The notes under the pieces were generated by a model, which was not told the DNA's origin, did no database searches, and saw nothing but the letters and a program-made list of their open reading frames with translations. From NCBI GenBank assembly GCA_963716725.1, contig CAVQUB010000002.1, positions 160,001-224,000 on the forward strand: a stretch of 64,000 nucleotides of DNA, written 5' to 3'. Shown piece after piece: positions 61,315 through 64,000 of the stretch. A program made the translations under genes and the position numbers. Source of the stretch: an uncultured delta proteobacterium (GTDB lineage Bacteria; Myxococcota_A; Polyangia; Polyangiales; Polyangiaceae). Numbering within the stretch: position 1 is the stretch's first letter; every line of letters begins with the position of its first letter.

Positions 61315-61890
61315 TCAGTCCGGATCTTCGCCGAACAACAGGCCCACCCGCAGGACTGCCGCCTCGAAGGGCGGCGCGCTCACGGTTTCGCCCAGCTTGG
61401 CCTGGACCGTCACCGTGTACTCCCCGCGCTCGAGTCGATACACGGTCAGAATTCTCCGCTCGGGATCGCCGATCCAGTAGAACGGCACGGCGCTGGCCGC
61501 GTACACACGGAATTTATCGACCTGGTCGGTCGCGGCGTTGCTGCTGGAGAGGATCTCACACACCCAGTCGGGTCGAATGCGCATCGGGCGTCCGGTGGGA
61601 CGCTCCGGCAGCCGATCGCGGCGCCAACCGCAGACGTCAGGGCGATACACCTCGTGCGCTTGGAGTTCGATGTCGACCTCGGTCAGGATCCACCAGCCGC
61701 CCGGCCCGCCCTCCCCGGTTCGACGATGAAAGTGCTGGCGCAAGAACGCGCCGAGGGCGAGTTGCGCGTCGGCATGCTCGGCGGACGGCGCGGCCTTGTA
61801 CTCCAGCGTTCCTGCGACGATCTCGGCGCTGACGTCGCCGCTGGCCTCGAGGTCGGCGAAGGTCAAGAGGCGCGGCGCGGCGCTGGACAC
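61315..61890 (-). CDS. Uma2-family (DUF820) endonuclease
   Basis: EIVAG...APSAEH, PDVCGW, PDWVCEILSSS, DKFRVY...YWIGDP. Confidence 0.9.
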   Translation of the reverse strand: MSSAAPRLLTFADLEASGDVSAEIVAGTLEYKAAPSAEHADAQLALGAFLRQHFHRRTGEGGPGGWWILTEVDIELQAHEVYRPDVCGWRRDRLPERPTGRPMRIRPDWVCEILSSSNAATDQVDKFRVYAASAVPFYWIGDPERRILTVYRLERGEYTVTVQAKLGETVSAPPFEAAVLRVGLLFGEDPD

Positions 61891-62003
61891 TTCGCCAGCC
61901 TAGCACCGTCGAAGCGACGGGTCGGGAGGCCGGCGACGGCTTCCGGCCGAAGTCGCGGGCGAGATGGCGAAAAATCACCGAATTCGCCCCGCCCATCCCG
62001 ACG

Positions 62004-62032
62004 TTGACAAGGCGCCCCTCGTCCCGCATATT
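62004..62032 (+). promoter_or_regulatory. Sigma70-type promoter TTGACA-N17-CATATT
   Basis: Perfect -35 at 62004-62009, 17-nt spacer, -10-like CATATT at 62027-62032, upstream of the small ORF and rpsT. Confidence 0.7.
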
Positions 62033-62081
62033 CCCGCCCCCCTCGGCCGGTCGGCCGCGGTTCCTTCAGAGGTTTCGGAAG

Positions 62082-62246
62082 ATGGTTTCGTCCACGCAGC
62101 AGAGTGAGCGCCGTCGCGCCATCAACACCGCACGCAACGGTCGTTCGCAGAAGCGCGCCCGCGCCAAGGCGACGACGCCCGCGTTCCCCGTCCACCCCGA
62201 GGGCTACGACGCAAAAGCGCCGGACGCCAAGAAGAAGAGCGCCTGA
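62082..62246 (+). CDS. Small basic protein (54 aa) upstream of rpsT
   Basis: RBS-like AGAGGT upstream; MVSSTQQSERRRAINTARNGRSQKRARAKATTPAFPVHPEGYDAKAPDAKKKSA; 8 nt before rpsT. Confidence 0.65.
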   Translation: MVSSTQQSERRRAINTARNGRSQKRARAKATTPAFPVHPEGYDAKAPDAKKKSA

Positions 62247-62254
62247 GAGATCCC

Positions 62255-62518
62255 ATGGCGAACCATCCCTCCGCAGAAAAACGTAACCGTCAGCGTCTCG
62301 TTCGCACCGAGCGCAATCGCGCCGCGAAGAGCACCGTCCGTTCGGCCGTGAAGAAGGCCCGTGCAGCCATCGCCACCGGCGACAAGGCCGCGGCCAAGAC
62401 CAGCGTGGCCAGCGCCAGCGTCGCCTTGGCGACCGCGGCGAAGAAGGGCGTCCTGCACGCGAACTCCGCGTCGCGGGTGACCTCGCGCATCCAGACGGCG
62501 CTCGCCAAGCTCGGCTAG
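62255..62518 (+). CDS. rpsT: 30S ribosomal protein S20
   Basis: MANHPSAEKRNRQ...RNRAAKSTVRSAVKK...KKGVLHANSASR. Confidence 0.97.
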   Translation: MANHPSAEKRNRQRLVRTERNRAAKSTVRSAVKKARAAIATGDKAAAKTSVASASVALATAAKKGVLHANSASRVTSRIQTALAKLG

Positions 62519-62587
62519 CCACCGCCCGCCGCTTCGGCTGCGTGCTACCATCGCCTCGAGCCGCCCTACCGGCGGCCGGGATGACGC

Positions 62588-63967
62588 ATGAGCCGCGCCG
62601 ACGACGAACACGACGACGAGCAGCGCTGCGGCAGCGTCGTCGAGGACAAGTACCGCGTCGACCGCCTGATCGGGCGCGGAGGCATGGGCGCGGTCTACGA
62701 GGCGACCAACGTCGCCATCGGCAAGCGCGTCGCCCTGAAGTTCCTCGATCGCGGCGCCGCCAAGGACGCGGACGCGGTCACTCGCTTCCAGCGCGAAGCG
62801 GAGGCGGCGGGCGTGGTCGAGAGCGCCCACATCGTTCACATCTTCGACTCGGGCACCGCAGAAGACGGCAGTCCGTTCTTGGTGATGGAGCTGCTCAGCG
62901 GCGAAGATCTCCGTGCGCGTCTGAAGCGCGAGACGCGCATGGCCGTCGCCGACTCGATCCACGTCGTGGGTCAGGTGTTGCGGGCGCTGGCCCGGGCCCA
63001 CGCCGCCGGGATCGTCCACCGCGATCTCAAACCGGACAACGTCTTCCTCTGCCGCCACGACGACGACGCGATGTTCGTCAAGATCGTGGACTTCGGCATC
63101 TCGAAGATCACGCGACGCAACGCCACAGCCGACACCTTCACGCGACGCGGCGTAGTGCTGGGCACGGCTTTCTACATGTCACCGGAGCAGGCCCAGGCCT
63201 TCCGCGACATCGACGGGCGCTCCGATCTGTTCAGCGTCGGGGCGATCTTGTTCGAAATGCTCAGCGGTCGTCCGCCCCACAACGGTACGGTCTACGAAGC
63301 CGTACTCATCGATATCTGCACCAAGGACGCGCCCGACATTCGCAGCCTCGTCCCCGAAATCCCCGAGGGCTTGGCCGCGGTCATCGCGCGAGCGCTGGAG
63401 CGTGAGCGCGGCGCGCGGTATCAGGACGCCAACGACTTCTACGACGCCCTCTCCCTGGCCGCTCCCGGACTCCTGCGCACCGGGGGGCTGGGTGCGCCCC
63501 GCGCGCGCCTGTCGAGCGGCTCCGACTCGAGCGCTGCGGGCTCGCGGGTGATCACCGCCGAGGGCACCGCAGTTCATCCCAGCGCTCCGGCGGAAGGCCG
63601 AGCTCAGACCCGGCGCACGCTGGTGGCCGTGGTGGTGGCGGCCCTGGCCGCCTTCGCGCTGACGGCGCTGCTCATGACACGACCCGCCGGGTCGACGGAC
63701 GGCGACGCCGCAGCGACCAGCATCCGGGCGGCGCCGGCGGTTTCTTCGCTGCCCTCCCCGACCCCACCTCTCGCGGAGCCGCCGGCTCCCTCCGCGTCGG
63801 CACCGACCCTCGCAGACGCAGGCGGGAACGTGCCCAAACCCCTCCGCCCGGTCAGTCCGGGAACGAAGCCCACCGCGTCCGCCCCGACCGCCGGGAGCGC
63901 GCCACCGGTCAAACCCGGGCCCGCAGGCGTCGCGACGGGGCTCACCTTGGACACCAAGGGGCCGTGA
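62588..63967 (+). CDS. Membrane Ser/Thr protein kinase
   Basis: GRGGMG, VALK, HRDLKPDN, DFGISK, GTAFYMSPEQ, TM helix, Pro-rich tail. Confidence 0.95.
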   Translation: MSRADDEHDDEQRCGSVVEDKYRVDRLIGRGGMGAVYEATNVAIGKRVALKFLDRGAAKDADAVTRFQREAEAAGVVESAHIVHIFDSGTAEDGSPFLVMELLSGEDLRARLKRETRMAVADSIHVVGQVLRALARAHAAGIVHRDLKPDNVFLCRHDDDAMFVKIVDFGISKITRRNATADTFTRRGVVLGTAFYMSPEQAQAFRDIDGRSDLFSVGAILFEMLSGRPPHNGTVYEAVLIDICTKDAPDIRSLVPEIPEGLAAVIARALERERGARYQDANDFYDALSLAAPGLLRTGGLGAPRARLSSGSDSSAAGSRVITAEGTAVHPSAPAEGRAQTRRTLVAVVVAALAAFALTALLMTRPAGSTDGDAAATSIRAAPAVSSLPSPTPPLAEPPAPSASAPTLADAGGNVPKPLRPVSPGTKPTASAPTAGSAPPVKPGPAGVATGLTLDTKGP

Positions 63968-64000
63968 CGGGCACATAGCGCGTGACCCCGCCGGAGTGAT

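Noticed and set aside
61315..61890. Uma2 gene as a third IR-flanked nuclease cassette
   Set aside because: No flanking inverted repeats or target duplication found by eye.

Overview
GC-rich, gene-dense chromosomal segment. The gene content suggests a myxobacterium, probably Polyangiaceae-like (inference from the PilZ protein, GltC/GltD-like TPR proteins, Ser/Thr kinases and Cys-rich lipoproteins). Housekeeping genes include era, der, ltaE, larB/larC, a PmbA-type protein, an Mrp ATPase, rpsT, an S1-domain protein and a MacAB-type exporter; there are also two ECF sigma/partner pairs. The most unusual structure is nested. (1) An internally deleted IS630 element (TIRs at 9241 and 10311) contains a GxxExxY nuclease gene with its own ~34-bp inverted repeats. 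(2) A candidate IS1182 element (33523-36962, TCA duplication) contains an HNH gene flanked by ~80-bp hairpin-bearing inverted repeats. (3) One of those repeats carries four tandem copies of a 27-bp hairpin unit, and a variant of that unit sits twice, in frame, inside an unrelated gene 16.5 kb away. Also notable are a cluster of three exported CxxC thioredoxin-fold lipoproteins around a beta-barrel with a C-terminal CxxxxC next to very Cys-rich lipoproteins, and a small basic ORF between a sigma70-like promoter and rpsT. Four single-base insertions that split or fuse genes may be sequencing errors. All product calls come from motif recognition by eye; no database searches were run.
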